Positions 27,504-36,250 of a stretch of DNA of 42,486 nt are shown in pieces. The position numbers and the translations under genes are program-made. Below the pieces are notes generated by a model, which was not told the origin of the DNA, did not search any database, and saw only the letters and a program-made list of their open reading frames with translations. This DNA comes from an uncultured Novosphingobium sp. (GTDB taxonomy: Bacteria; Pseudomonadota; Alphaproteobacteria; Sphingomonadales; Sphingomonadaceae). Location of the stretch: assembly GCA_938005655.1 (NCBI GenBank), contig CALLNA010000284.1, positions 1 through 42,486 of the forward strand, given 5' to 3'. Each line of letters begins with the position of its first letter. Positions within the stretch are counted from its first letter, which is position 1.

Positions 27504-29035
27504 GCGCGGTCGCCGCCACCCTGCCGGGGATCGCCCTCCCACGGCCCACCCTTCCCGAGCGCGTCCGCCCGCGCGGCGCGGCAACCTCGCCGCTCGCGCT
27601 CGCCGTGCTGTTCGGCCTGCTGTTCGCCGTGGCGGCGCTCGGCATGATCCGTGAGACCGGCCCCTTCGCTGGCTGGCAGCCGACGTCGGGCGCCCTGGTC
27701 GGCCGCGTCCTGCTCGGGGCCGACGGCAAGATGACCGTGGGCGAACTGATCGCCGCCTATCCGCCGCTGGCGGTCCTGCCGATGATCGGCCTGCGCGCGC
27801 CCGCGGTGCTGATCGGCGTCACCACGGGCGAGCTGTTCTCCGCCCTGCTCGGCGGCGCCCTTGCCGGACTGTGGCTGGCGAGCCTGCTCCAGGCGGGCTA
27901 TCGCCGCGGCACGGCGCTGGTCCTCGCCGCGCTGCTCGTCGGCAACCCGCTGTTCCTCGGCGCGCTCGCCGCCGGGCCGGAGACCGCGCTCGCGCTGCTC
28001 GGCGCCTGGGTCTTCGCGATGGGCGCCTTCACCCTGCGCAGCCGGGGCAGCGTGAACGACCTCATCACCTGCTCGGGCGCGCTGGCGCTGCTGTTCTTCG
28101 CCGGGCCGCTGGGCGGCGCCTTCGCCTGCGCGACGCTGCCGTTCCTGCTGCTGCTCAAGCCCGCGGACATCCCCGCGCGGAGCGCGCCCTCCATCTACCT
28201 GGTGCTGCTGTTCCCGGTGATCTTCGGCCTGGCCGGCTTCGTCTTCGTCAACTGGATGATGCTGCACGACGCCTTCGGCTTCCTCCACTCCGATATCGAC
28301 CTCGCCACGCGCCGGATCGGCCAGTCGTGGCGGACGCCGGTCATCCCCGTGCTGTTCGCCGTCGCCTGCGCCCCGGCGCTGGTCGCGCTGTTCGTCGTCG
28401 CGCGCGGCCGCCGTCCGCTCCAGGCGGTCGCCTCGGCCCTGCTCGGCACCCTGCTGCTGGCGGTGACGCTCGCCCTGCAAAGCGGCGCCTGCCGCTCGCC
28501 GGTCGAGGCGCTCTGCCCGGCCGTGTCGCTCGCCGCCGCGGCGGCGATGCGCTGGCCGCCGCAACGCTCGCGCCCGCTCCGGGTCGCGCTGCTGCTCGCG
28601 CTGAGCCTGACCGGCGGCCTTTCGGCGCTACTCACCCAGGGGCGAATCTCGCCGGAGACGGGGGCGACGGCCGCCGCCAGCGAGTTCACCGGCCTGCGCC
28701 GCAGCATCGCCGAGCAGGCGCTCGGCCGGTTCCTCGCGGGCCGGTCGGACGTGCTGATCGACGCCGCCGCCCACCCCGCGGTCGTCGCCGCGCGCGGCGG
28801 CGCCGAGGGGCTGGTGACGGGCAACGACACCGCCTTCGCCCTGGCGCTGCTGCGCAAGCGGATCGCCACACGCGCCGTCGCCGTGGCCGCCGCCGATCCC
28901 TCCCGCACTGAGGACGCGCTCAGCCGCAACCTGCCCGACCTGTACGCCTCCGGCGCGCCGGGCCTGCACCTGATCTACGATCGGGACGGGTGGCGCGTCT
29001 GGAGCCGGGACAACAAGGAAGACCCGAGGCCATGA
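27500..29035 (+). CDS. Polytopic inner-membrane protein, GT-C/ArnT-like fold candidate
   Basis: About 11-12 hydrophobic helices, YPPL in the first loop, soluble C-terminal domain ending LIYDRDGWRVW; ATGA overlaps on both sides. Confidence 0.65.
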   Translation: MSAVAATLPGIALPRPTLPERVRPRGAATSPLALAVLFGLLFAVAALGMIRETGPFAGWQPTSGALVGRVLLGADGKMTVGELIAAYPPLAVLPMIGLRAPAVLIGVTTGELFSALLGGALAGLWLASLLQAGYRRGTALVLAALLVGNPLFLGALAAGPETALALLGAWVFAMGAFTLRSRGSVNDLITCSGALALLFFAGPLGGAFACATLPFLLLLKPADIPARSAPSIYLVLLFPVIFGLAGFVFVNWMMLHDAFGFLHSDIDLATRRIGQSWRTPVIPVLFAVACAPALVALFVVARGRRPLQAVASALLGTLLLAVTLALQSGACRSPVEALCPAVSLAAAAAMRWPPQRSRPLRVALLLALSLTGGLSALLTQGRISPETGATAAASEFTGLRRSIAEQALGRFLAGRSDVLIDAAAHPAVVAARGGAEGLVTGNDTAFALALLRKRIATRAVAVAAADPSRTEDALSRNLPDLYASGAPGLHLIYDRDGWRVWSRDNKEDPRP

Positions 29036-30006
29036 GCCAATCCCCGAGCATTCTGGTCGTCGACGACGACGACAACGCGGCGAACATGCTCTCGCTGCTC
29101 CTCTCGGCCGGCAACTTCGAGCGGATCACGCTCGCCGCCAATGCCGACGAGGCCTTCGAGCTGCTCGACCTCGCCGACGACGCGGAAGGCGCGCCGCCGC
29201 GCTTCGACGTCATCATGCTCGACGTGATGATGCCCGAGACCGACGGGATCGAGGCCTGCGCCCGCATCCGCGCAACGCGGCGCTACCGCGACGTGCCGAT
29301 CCTGATGTGCACCGGCATGGACGAGACCGAGCTGCTCAACCAGGCCTTCATCGCCGGCGCCAACGACTACCTGACCAAGCCGGTGAGGAAGATCGAGTTC
29401 CTCGCCCGCGTCCATTCGGCGATGCGGCTCAAGCGCGAGCTGGACCGCCGCCGCGCGCGCGAGGTCGAGCTGCGCAAGGCGCGGACCTGGAACGAGGTCG
29501 ACGACGACAGGTACTTCGACCGCGTCACCGGCCTGCCCTGCCAGGAGGCGTTCAACGCCCACGTCCGCCGCGCCGCGGACCGCGACACCCCGCACGGGAT
29601 GCTCGCGCTCCAGGTCGCCCAGGCGGCGCAATACCGCGAGGAGGCCGGCGAGGCCGCGTTCCAGGCGATGATCCGCCAGGTCGCGGCGGCGATGGCCGAG
29701 GTCCCCGCGGCGCTGCCTTGGCGGATCTTCACCTTCGGCGACGGCCTGTTCGTGGTCTTCGCGCCCAACGCCAGCCCCGAGGAGCTGGCGCGGGTCGGCG
29801 AATATGCCCGAATCGCGGTCGACGCGCTCAGGCTGCCCCACGGCCATTCCGCCGAATCCGATCACATCGCCCTCGTCACCGCCGCCGCCTGGGGACGCGG
29901 CACCGACCTGCTCACCATGCCCGCCGAGCTGATCCGCGCGCTCGACCGCCCGGCCCCATCGCCCGCGCCCGCCATCGGACCCGGCCCAGGAAGGATCGCC
30001 GCATGA
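29032..30006 (+). CDS. Response regulator: REC + degenerate GGDEF-like domain
   Basis: ILVVDDD, MLDVMMP, GANDYLTKP; linker then DRVTGLP; FGDGLF in place of GGDEF; LPH..S..DHI as in PleD/WspR-type C-termini. Confidence 0.82.
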   Translation: MSQSPSILVVDDDDNAANMLSLLLSAGNFERITLAANADEAFELLDLADDAEGAPPRFDVIMLDVMMPETDGIEACARIRATRRYRDVPILMCTGMDETELLNQAFIAGANDYLTKPVRKIEFLARVHSAMRLKRELDRRRAREVELRKARTWNEVDDDRYFDRVTGLPCQEAFNAHVRRAADRDTPHGMLALQVAQAAQYREEAGEAAFQAMIRQVAAAMAEVPAALPWRIFTFGDGLFVVFAPNASPEELARVGEYARIAVDALRLPHGHSAESDHIALVTAAAWGRGTDLLTMPAELIRALDRPAPSPAPAIGPGPGRIAA

Positions 30007-30806
30007 GAAACCTCGCCCCCATCCTCGCCACTACCGCCGCCGCCGCGCTGCTCGGCGGCGGCCTTGCCGCGCCGGCCCACGCCGCCGCCTGGACGCAGCC
30101 CCAGGGCAGCGGCCAGGTCATCGTCACCGGCATCGTCTCGGACAGCGCCAAGGGGTTCGACGCGAACGGGAACACGGTCGACATCAACGACTACGACAAG
30201 GGCGAGGCCTATGCCCTGATCGAATACGGCGTCACCGACGACCTGACCGTGATGGCGATCCCGAGCTTCAGCGACGTCCAGGTCGAGAACGGCGGCCGGA
30301 CCACGGGCCTCGGCTATACCGAACTGGGCGCGCGCTACCGCATCGCAGCGGGCGGTGGCGCGGTCGTCTCGCTCCAAGGCTCGGTCCGCATCCCCGGGGA
30401 AAAGCGCCGCGACGGCGTGCCCCAGGCCGATGCGACCGGCTCCGAGATCGACCTGCGTGCCCTCGCCGGGACCAGCTTCAAGCTGGGCGGCAAGGACAGC
30501 TTCGTCGACGCCCAGGCCGGCTACCGCATCCGCAACGGCGCCCCGCCCAACGAATTCCGCCTGGACCTGACCCTGGGCCTGCGCCCGGCCCCCAAGGTGC
30601 TGCTACTGCTCCAGTCGTTCAACGTCGTATCCGACGGCGATGGCCGCGGCGCCTTCACCCGCTATCGCTACAGCAACCTCTACGGCAGCGTGGTCTATGA
30701 CGTGACCCCGAAGTGGTCGCTGCAAGCCGGCCTGCTCGGCACGATCGCCGGCCGCAACGCCCTGCGCGAACGCGGCGTGATCCTCGGCCTGTGGCGGCGG
30801 TTCTAG
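30003..30806 (+). CDS. Predicted outer-membrane beta-barrel protein
   Basis: Signal peptide ending AHA; alternating amphipathic strands (IEYGVTDDLTV, ELGARY, DAQAGY, DLTLG, WSLQAG); C-terminal GLWRRF with terminal Phe. Confidence 0.75.
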   Translation: MRNLAPILATTAAAALLGGGLAAPAHAAAWTQPQGSGQVIVTGIVSDSAKGFDANGNTVDINDYDKGEAYALIEYGVTDDLTVMAIPSFSDVQVENGGRTTGLGYTELGARYRIAAGGGAVVSLQGSVRIPGEKRRDGVPQADATGSEIDLRALAGTSFKLGGKDSFVDAQAGYRIRNGAPPNEFRLDLTLGLRPAPKVLLLLQSFNVVSDGDGRGAFTRYRYSNLYGSVVYDVTPKWSLQAGLLGTIAGRNALRERGVILGLWRRF

Positions 30807-30815
30807 GCCGGCATA

Positions 30816-31025
30816 GGAAACATCGTCACCGACCTCCTCATCCCCACACCATCGTCAAGGTCCTGCTCTTTGCGCGCAACGCCGGAAGGGAAAGCGGGAC
30901 CCCGGATCAAGTCCGGGGTGACGAAGGGCAGGAAGGTCCGCGATCGGGCCGTATCCGGGAAGCCCGGTTTGGCATGTCGAGGCCGGGAGCGGGTCTTCCT
31001 ATCCGCCCGCGACTCCGCCCCCGCT
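30816..31025. repeat. Copy A of a REP/MITE-like palindromic element (left arm deleted, inner segment inverted relative to copy C)
   Basis: acctcctcatccccacaccatcgtca at 30832 matches 32406; 30879-30924 is the reverse complement of 32425-32470 with one mismatch. Confidence 0.75.
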
Positions 31026-31225
31026 TCCCGAAAATGCTGCCCGCTGCCGCGAGCGACACGCCTCAAATCATGCCGCCGCAAATCCGCCGCGCCCCAAACC
31101 CGCGCCGTTCGCCGCACGGCGCGCTCGACTGGCCCTCACGACCATTGCTCCCACTCCGGGCGTTCATCTGCCAGACAGTTCCGACTGAACACGCCCCGTC
31201 CGGACTATTTTGACGGAGCAGCTTC

Positions 31226-32104
31226 ATGAGTGTCATTTCCAAAGGGCAAGGCAGTCTCTTCCTGCTTGCCATGCTCGCCATGCCCGCGTCGGGCGCCGCC
31301 TATGCCCAGCCGGAGGACGCGCCCGAGGGCAATATCACGGTGAACGGCCAGGCCGTGCATGAGGAGGCGCCCGAGATGACCGAAGGGCCCCAGGTCCAGG
31401 GCATCATCTCCGCGCGCAGCGGCGACAGGATGCAGGTCACGGCCGCCGACGGCACCAGCACGACCGTCACCATCACCGACGCTACCCGGATCAAGGCCGG
31501 CAGCGGCCTGTTCGGCGGCAGCCGCAACAAGCCGACCGCGGCCTCGCTGCTCAACGGCCTGCCCGTCACCGTCAAGACCCTGCACTCGGGCGACGGGCTG
31601 GTCGCCAGCCAGATCAATTTCCGGAACAACGACCTCAAGACCGCGGCAATGATCCATAGCGGCACCGCCCAGCGCTTCGACGAGCAGACCGCGGCGACCG
31701 AGGCCCTGCGCGGCCGCATGGGCGACATCGACCAGTACAATATCAAGAGCACGACGAACGTGCACTTCGATACCGGCAAGTCGGTGCTGTCCCCACAGGC
31801 CAAGGCCGAGCTCTGCGCCGCGGCAACCGCGGCCGAAGGGACGCAGAACGCCCTGATGCTCGTCGTCGGCTATACCGATGCGCGCGGCAGCGACGACTTC
31901 AACCAGCATCTCAGCGAAGAGCGCGCCGGCCGCGTCATCAACTATCTCCAGCAAAACTGCGGCTGGAAGCCCTATCGGATGCTGACCCCGACCGGCATGG
32001 CCAAGGCCGATCCCCTGGCGAGCAACGATACCGCCGAAGGCATGGCCCAGAACCGCCGCGTCGCGGTGAACATCCTGGTCAGCAAGGGCCTCGACGGCCT
32101 GTGA
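31226..32104 (+). CDS. OmpA-family peptidoglycan-binding protein with N-terminal OB-like (DUF5666-like) domain
   Basis: GGAG RBS; signal peptide; VHFDTGKSVL, VVGYTDARGSDDFNQHLSEERA, NDTAEGMAQNRRV. Confidence 0.9.
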   Translation: MSVISKGQGSLFLLAMLAMPASGAAYAQPEDAPEGNITVNGQAVHEEAPEMTEGPQVQGIISARSGDRMQVTAADGTSTTVTITDATRIKAGSGLFGGSRNKPTAASLLNGLPVTVKTLHSGDGLVASQINFRNNDLKTAAMIHSGTAQRFDEQTAATEALRGRMGDIDQYNIKSTTNVHFDTGKSVLSPQAKAELCAAATAAEGTQNALMLVVGYTDARGSDDFNQHLSEERAGRVINYLQQNCGWKPYRMLTPTGMAKADPLASNDTAEGMAQNRRVAVNILVSKGLDGL

Positions 32105-32111
32105 GACGCGC

Positions 32112-32132
32112 GGGGTGGGCGGTGCCCACCCC
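32112..32132. terminator. GC hairpin directly after the OmpA-family gene (possible terminator or pause site)
   Basis: ggggtgggc-ggt-gcccacccc, perfect 9-bp stem; no U-tract. Confidence 0.35.
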
Positions 32133-32155
32133 AAAGGATGCCCGATGACCGAAGC

Positions 32156-32322
32156 GGAGGTCATCACGAACCTCCTCAGCCCCACCCCTTTCGTCGCCCC
32201 GGACTTGATCCGGGGCGACGAAAGGGCGGCAACGTCTGCTAACCCGATCGCATCCGGAACGGCGGCATTTCGGGGCAGGCCTGTTCCGCTATGCACCGAT
32301 AGCGCTCAACCGCGCCGCACCC
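32156..32322. repeat. Copy B of the palindromic element, collapsed to one perfect hairpin
   Basis: ccctttcgtcgccccgga-cttga-tccggggcgacgaaaggg (32186-32226, 18-bp stem); flanks align with copy C. Confidence 0.8.
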
Positions 32323-32331
32323 TGGCAATCC

Positions 32332-32378
32332 CCTGCTCGAATCGCGCCAGATAGCCGCGCGCCTTCAGGATAAGACGC
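32332..32378 (-). pseudogene. Decayed duplicate fragment of the alpha/beta-hydrolase 3' region
   Basis: cctgctcgaatcgcgccagatagccgc...tcaggata aligns with 32721-32769; both translate to YLARFEQ; contains a small indel. Confidence 0.7.
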
Positions 32379-32390
32379 TTGGCGATGGTT

Positions 32391-32610
32391 GGAAGGCCAT
32401 CGCCAACCTCCTCATCCCGCACCATCGTCACCCCGGACTTGATCCGGGGTCCCGCTTTCCTTTCCGGCGTCGCGCCTGAAGCAGCGGGGTCCCGGATCAA
32501 GTCCGGGGCGACGATGGATGGGGAGGTCCGCAACCGGATTGCATCCGGAATGCGGCTTTTGGGGCAAGGCTGTCCCGCTATCCGCCGATGCTCCTCGACC
32601 GCGCCGCGCC
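32391..32610. repeat. Copy C (most complete) of the palindromic element, with two inverted CCCCGGACTTGATCCGGGG-type units
   Basis: catcgtcaccccggacttgatccgggg (32423-32449) ... cccggatcaagtccggggcgacgatg (32491-32516). Confidence 0.8.
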
Positions 32611-34053
32611 TTATCGATCCCCCGGCGACACCACGATCGCGAATATCCGCTCCGCCAGTTGCAGGTTCTCGGCAACGTCGTCCGCAAGGATCGCTCCCGC
32701 CGCGACCGCAGCCCGCAGGGCCTGCTCGAACCGCGCCAGATAGTCGCCCACACCCTCAGGATAGAGCGCCGCCAGCACCGCGCGCGGGAGCGGCAGGGTC
32801 CGACCGAACAGGCCTTCGAACTCCCCCTCCTCCTCGTTTTCGCCGCTGTATACTTGCGCCGGGCAATCGGCCCATGGCGTGCGAACACCGCCGAGCGCGA
32901 CGTCATGGGAATCGCGCGCGATGCCCGTGGCGGGATCGCCGCCGAGGCACGGCGCGGAGGGCGGCGGCTCTCCCCCTTTCGCCCAGGCCTCCAGATGGCG
33001 CAGCGCCGCGCGGTGAACATATTGGAAGGCGGGCGAGGCGTTCATCGGGGCCTTCAGCGGCAGCCACTCGCCCGGCGGCACCGCGAGCGCAACGGCGAGT
33101 GCCGCGACGTCGCCCGAACCGTCGTCGACATTGCCCGCCCGCGCCATGTAGCTGTCGCCGTGCGCGGCGCCGGCGACCTCCCAGCAGCGATAGCGCGCGG
33201 TGTCCGGCTGGCGCACCTCGGCGGAGCGCATCCGCCCGAACGGATCGGTCTCGGGCTGGAGCACGAAGACCGGGACCCGGACGTCCACCCGGATCGGCGC
33301 CCGGCCGCTGCAGATCGATTCCCCCTCCAGCGTGGCGGCGGAGCGGTGCCGGCCGGACAGGAGGAAGCCGTCGAACAGCCCGGCCAGTAGATCGACGCGG
33401 TTGACATAGGTAGTCAGGAACCGCGCCGATTGCGACGAGCCCGTGCCGAGCAGGCAGGCCGGCGGCGCGAAGCCCAGCCGGCCCGCGGCGGCCGCCTCCG
33501 CGGCCTGAGAGAAGATGTCGAACGACCAGGCGTCCCCCGGATGGTCGAGCGCCGCATAACGCTGGGGATCAAGCGCCTTGAGGTGACGCGGCGGCGCCAT
33601 GCCTTCCGCCCCCTCGATCCCCGCGCGCTGGGCGGTCACGCCGACCCAGATCGCACCGCGGCGGATCATCTCGCGGTGCAGCCTGATCCACTGCGGCGCA
33701 GTGTCCACGCCGCTGCGGCAATTCAGCCATTCGACGACCGCGGTGCCCGACCAGCGCCGCGGATCGCTCGGCCGGAACACCACGACCCGGGTGCGATAGG
33801 CGGCCGATCCGGCGACGCGCAGCGGCCCGTCCGGGTCTGGCGCTGCGGCGAAGGCCCGCGCCTCTCCCGTGACAAGGAATTCCTCCGCCACATAGCCGAG
33901 ACGGCCGAGGTCGAAGCGCGTCCACATGACCGAGGCCGGCGGCGGCATCCGGCGCACCTCGAGCAGCGACCCCGGCCGCGCGTTGCGGCGGCGCGCTTCG
34001 CCGAGCATCATACCGGACGCGCCCGAGGCTCGTACCCGGCCGGTCGCGGGCAC
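32611..34053 (-). CDS. Alpha/beta hydrolase domain protein (Abhydrolase_10-like); start uncertain (34053 GTG or 34011 ATG)
   Basis: YVAEEFLVTG, YRTRVVVFRP..WSGTAVVEWLN, WVGVTAQ, nucleophile elbow GSSQSA, WEVAGAAHGD, ARDSHDVALGGVRTP. Confidence 0.82.
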   Translation of the reverse strand: MPATGRVRASGASGMMLGEARRRNARPGSLLEVRRMPPPASVMWTRFDLGRLGYVAEEFLVTGEARAFAAAPDPDGPLRVAGSAAYRTRVVVFRPSDPRRWSGTAVVEWLNCRSGVDTAPQWIRLHREMIRRGAIWVGVTAQRAGIEGAEGMAPPRHLKALDPQRYAALDHPGDAWSFDIFSQAAEAAAAGRLGFAPPACLLGTGSSQSARFLTTYVNRVDLLAGLFDGFLLSGRHRSAATLEGESICSGRAPIRVDVRVPVFVLQPETDPFGRMRSAEVRQPDTARYRCWEVAGAAHGDSYMARAGNVDDGSGDVAALAVALAVPPGEWLPLKAPMNASPAFQYVHRAALRHLEAWAKGGEPPPSAPCLGGDPATGIARDSHDVALGGVRTPWADCPAQVYSGENEEEGEFEGLFGRTLPLPRAVLAALYPEGVGDYLARFEQALRAAVAAGAILADDVAENLQLAERIFAIVVSPGDR

Positions 34054-34057
34054 AGTC

Positions 34058-35443
34058 CTAGACCAACCCGCGGTTGAGCGCTTCGAGCGCCGCCGCCGTC
34101 GCGGCGCGGGAGGGGCCGGCCGGGCCGGCCGCGCCGGGTCCGGAGGCCGCGCGCGCGATCGGACCCACGACCTGCGGCGTTGTCCGGCCGCAGGGGCAGC
34201 GGCCCCACGAGACCGTCACCAGGTCGGCGGTCACGACGCCGCCCCAATAGGTCTGCGCGGTCAGGTCGAAGAAGCCCGCGCGGCCCGCTTGCCGACCGCG
34301 CCGGGGCAGCAGCGCGCCGGAACCCTCGACGAACACCAGCGGCACGATCCACGGCCAGATGTGGAAACACCCCTGCTCGCAGGAGCCGAAGGCGTCGCCG
34401 ATCTCGGTCATCCCGTAGGCCTCGTAGATCGTGTCCACGCCGCCGAACCGCTTGATCGCGCCGATCATGCCGTCCGGCGCGGCGAGGCCCTTGGTGCCGC
34501 CGCCGGTGCTGATCCGGCTGCCCGGCGGCAGGCCGGGCGCCATGCCTATCCGCAGCCCCGCCGTCGCCACCTGATGCAGCAGGAGCGGGCCGCCGGCCAT
34601 GTGGACGGGCGCGTCCTGCAACTCGTCGCGGACGATCTCCAGCACGGCGCGGATGCGCTCGTCGTAGGAGGCCTGGGCCGCGACGGCCTCCTCCTGGCGC
34701 GCCTGGATATAGGGGGTGAGCCGGGGCGGCGGGACGCCCAGCCGCTCGGCCGCCATGACCCGGCCGATGTAGTGCTGCCAGTCGGTGCTGGCGCGCATCG
34801 GCAGCAGAGGGAGGAAGCGCGTGGTCGGCGTCGTGTAGTTCTCCCGCAGCATGGCCGCCGAGCGCAACATGCCCGAGCGTCCGTCCGCATAGCTGAGCCA
34901 AAGCATCGAGGCACGGTGGTCGATCGCGCGCACCGGCGCGGGCGCCCCGGGGCTCTGCCACTCGACCAGCGAGCGTTGCCGCAGCAGCTCGCTCTCCCGC
35001 TTGCCGCGCGGGATCAGCGAGAGCGCCTCGGTCGTGCCCGAACTCGTCAGCAGCGCCAGCCCGGTCTCCGCGTCGAGCGCGTCGAGCCAACGACCGATCG
35101 CCCCGAACCGCCGACCCTTCACCGCCGCCAGATCGACCAGCGTCAGGCGCGACAGCCACTCCGTCAGCGCCGGGAAGCCCAGCTCGTCGAACAGGCGATA
35201 CGAATAACTTTTGAAAAGCTGATGCGGGAACATCAGCGCGGCGACATCCTCGAGCCGCCCGATCTCCCGCACCCCCGCCGCATCGGCCAGAACCGCCAGC
35301 GGCACGATCGCATCCCGCATCGCCCCGAACCGCTGCCCAACCGCCTCCAATTGCAGAGCCTGCTGCTGCTCGATCGGCATGTGGTGCACGAAGAGCGAAT
35401 TATCGACAAAGAACCGGACCGGATCGTCCGCAAAGTATGCCAT
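34058..35443 (-). CDS. LuxE/PaaK-like acyl-adenylating enzyme (acyl-protein synthetase-like)
   Basis: LTSSGTT loop, TGGGTKG, YGMTE, VVTADLV, CPCGR; preceded by an AT-rich promoter-like region. Confidence 0.65.
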   Translation of the reverse strand: MAYFADDPVRFFVDNSLFVHHMPIEQQQALQLEAVGQRFGAMRDAIVPLAVLADAAGVREIGRLEDVAALMFPHQLFKSYSYRLFDELGFPALTEWLSRLTLVDLAAVKGRRFGAIGRWLDALDAETGLALLTSSGTTEALSLIPRGKRESELLRQRSLVEWQSPGAPAPVRAIDHRASMLWLSYADGRSGMLRSAAMLRENYTTPTTRFLPLLPMRASTDWQHYIGRVMAAERLGVPPPRLTPYIQARQEEAVAAQASYDERIRAVLEIVRDELQDAPVHMAGGPLLLHQVATAGLRIGMAPGLPPGSRISTGGGTKGLAAPDGMIGAIKRFGGVDTIYEAYGMTEIGDAFGSCEQGCFHIWPWIVPLVFVEGSGALLPRRGRQAGRAGFFDLTAQTYWGGVVTADLVTVSWGRCPCGRTTPQVVGPIARAASGPGAAGPAGPSRAATAAALEALNRGLV

Positions 35444-35560
35444 TTTATCCTCGACTGTTTATTCCAAATTAATTGGAGCAGCCGAATGACACAATAATTT
35501 AATAGATTCGTAGAAGAATAATTAAATCCATTATGGATTCATATCTGCGGCCAAGAGTTT
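35444..35560. promoter_or_regulatory. AT-rich upstream region of the LuxE-like gene with two palindromes
   Basis: TCCAA-N5-TTGGA (35463-35477) and AATCCAT-T-ATGGATT (35525-35539). Confidence 0.4.
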
Positions 35561-35825
35561 GTTGAAAAATGTGATTCAGTCGGTCGGAAGGTCGTGGTTT
35601 GGTTTTGTCGGGCATATGTCGGCACAATTTTCCGCGATGTTCCCACCCTGGAAACGGCTTGAGCAGACTGTTCCGCCGAGTTTTGAAACAGTTTCATAGA
35701 CGAAGGTCTCGGTTACCTTTCGGTAGCCAACGGCCCCGAAGTGTCCAGAGTTTTGAGTTGCTGATTATACCAAACGTGCGCTTCGGCGTTGGACAGAAGT
35801 GATCTTTCTGCGGCAAGTAATTTCT

Positions 35826-36248
35826 TTAGTAATAATATCCTTGCCGAAAGGCCAGAACGCTTTCCACGGGCACATCGCCTTTGTCTTTAGCCAAGGGCGC
35901 GTAGATGCTCACCCCGAGTTGATATGCTATGGCGCCATCGACCTCGATCTCCACATGCTTGTCCATTGCCGCCAATTTCGCAATCGCTTGTTCAAAGGAA
36001 AGGCTCATGAGTTCAATGCCGTCGACAGATGGCTTTGCAGGAGCGGCAAACTCGATCGCTTCTAGAAGCCCGGCAGCGTCGTAATAGAAAAATGCGCTCA
36101 GCGAGGGAAAGTAATCGCAAGGGTGCGCCGCTTGAGCGGAGCGTTTGAATGATTGAAAATCCGCATGTACCTGAGCGCGCACCACCTCAGGCGACATGCC
36201 AAATTCTATTTCTCCGACGCCTTTCAGCGGATGGATTTCATAGTTCAT
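35826..36248 (-). CDS. Putative cognate immunity protein (140 aa)
   Basis: Starts 2 nt after the toxin stop; small, acidic/aromatic, lower GC; N-terminus IHPLKGVGEIEFGMS. Confidence 0.75.
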   Translation of the reverse strand: MNYEIHPLKGVGEIEFGMSPEVVRAQVHADFQSFKRSAQAAHPCDYFPSLSAFFYYDAAGLLEAIEFAAPAKPSVDGIELMSLSFEQAIAKLAAMDKHVEIEVDGAIAYQLGVSIYAPLAKDKGDVPVESVLAFRQGYYY

Positions 36249-36250
36249 CG

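Noticed and set aside
30713-32533. Small ORFs with VTPDLIRG / PRIKSGVT peptides
   Set aside because: These are translations of the palindromic DNA repeat, not supported genes
30816-32610. Palindromic repeats read as a CRISPR array
   Set aside because: Only four palindromic units in mixed orientation with irregular spacing, no unique spacers and no cas genes
35554-35696. gagtttgttgaaaaa ... gagttttgaaacagtttc as terminal inverted repeats of an IS-derived MITE
   Set aside because: Only about 11 of 19 positions are complementary, with no target duplication and no transposase; possibly a decayed remnant but unsupported
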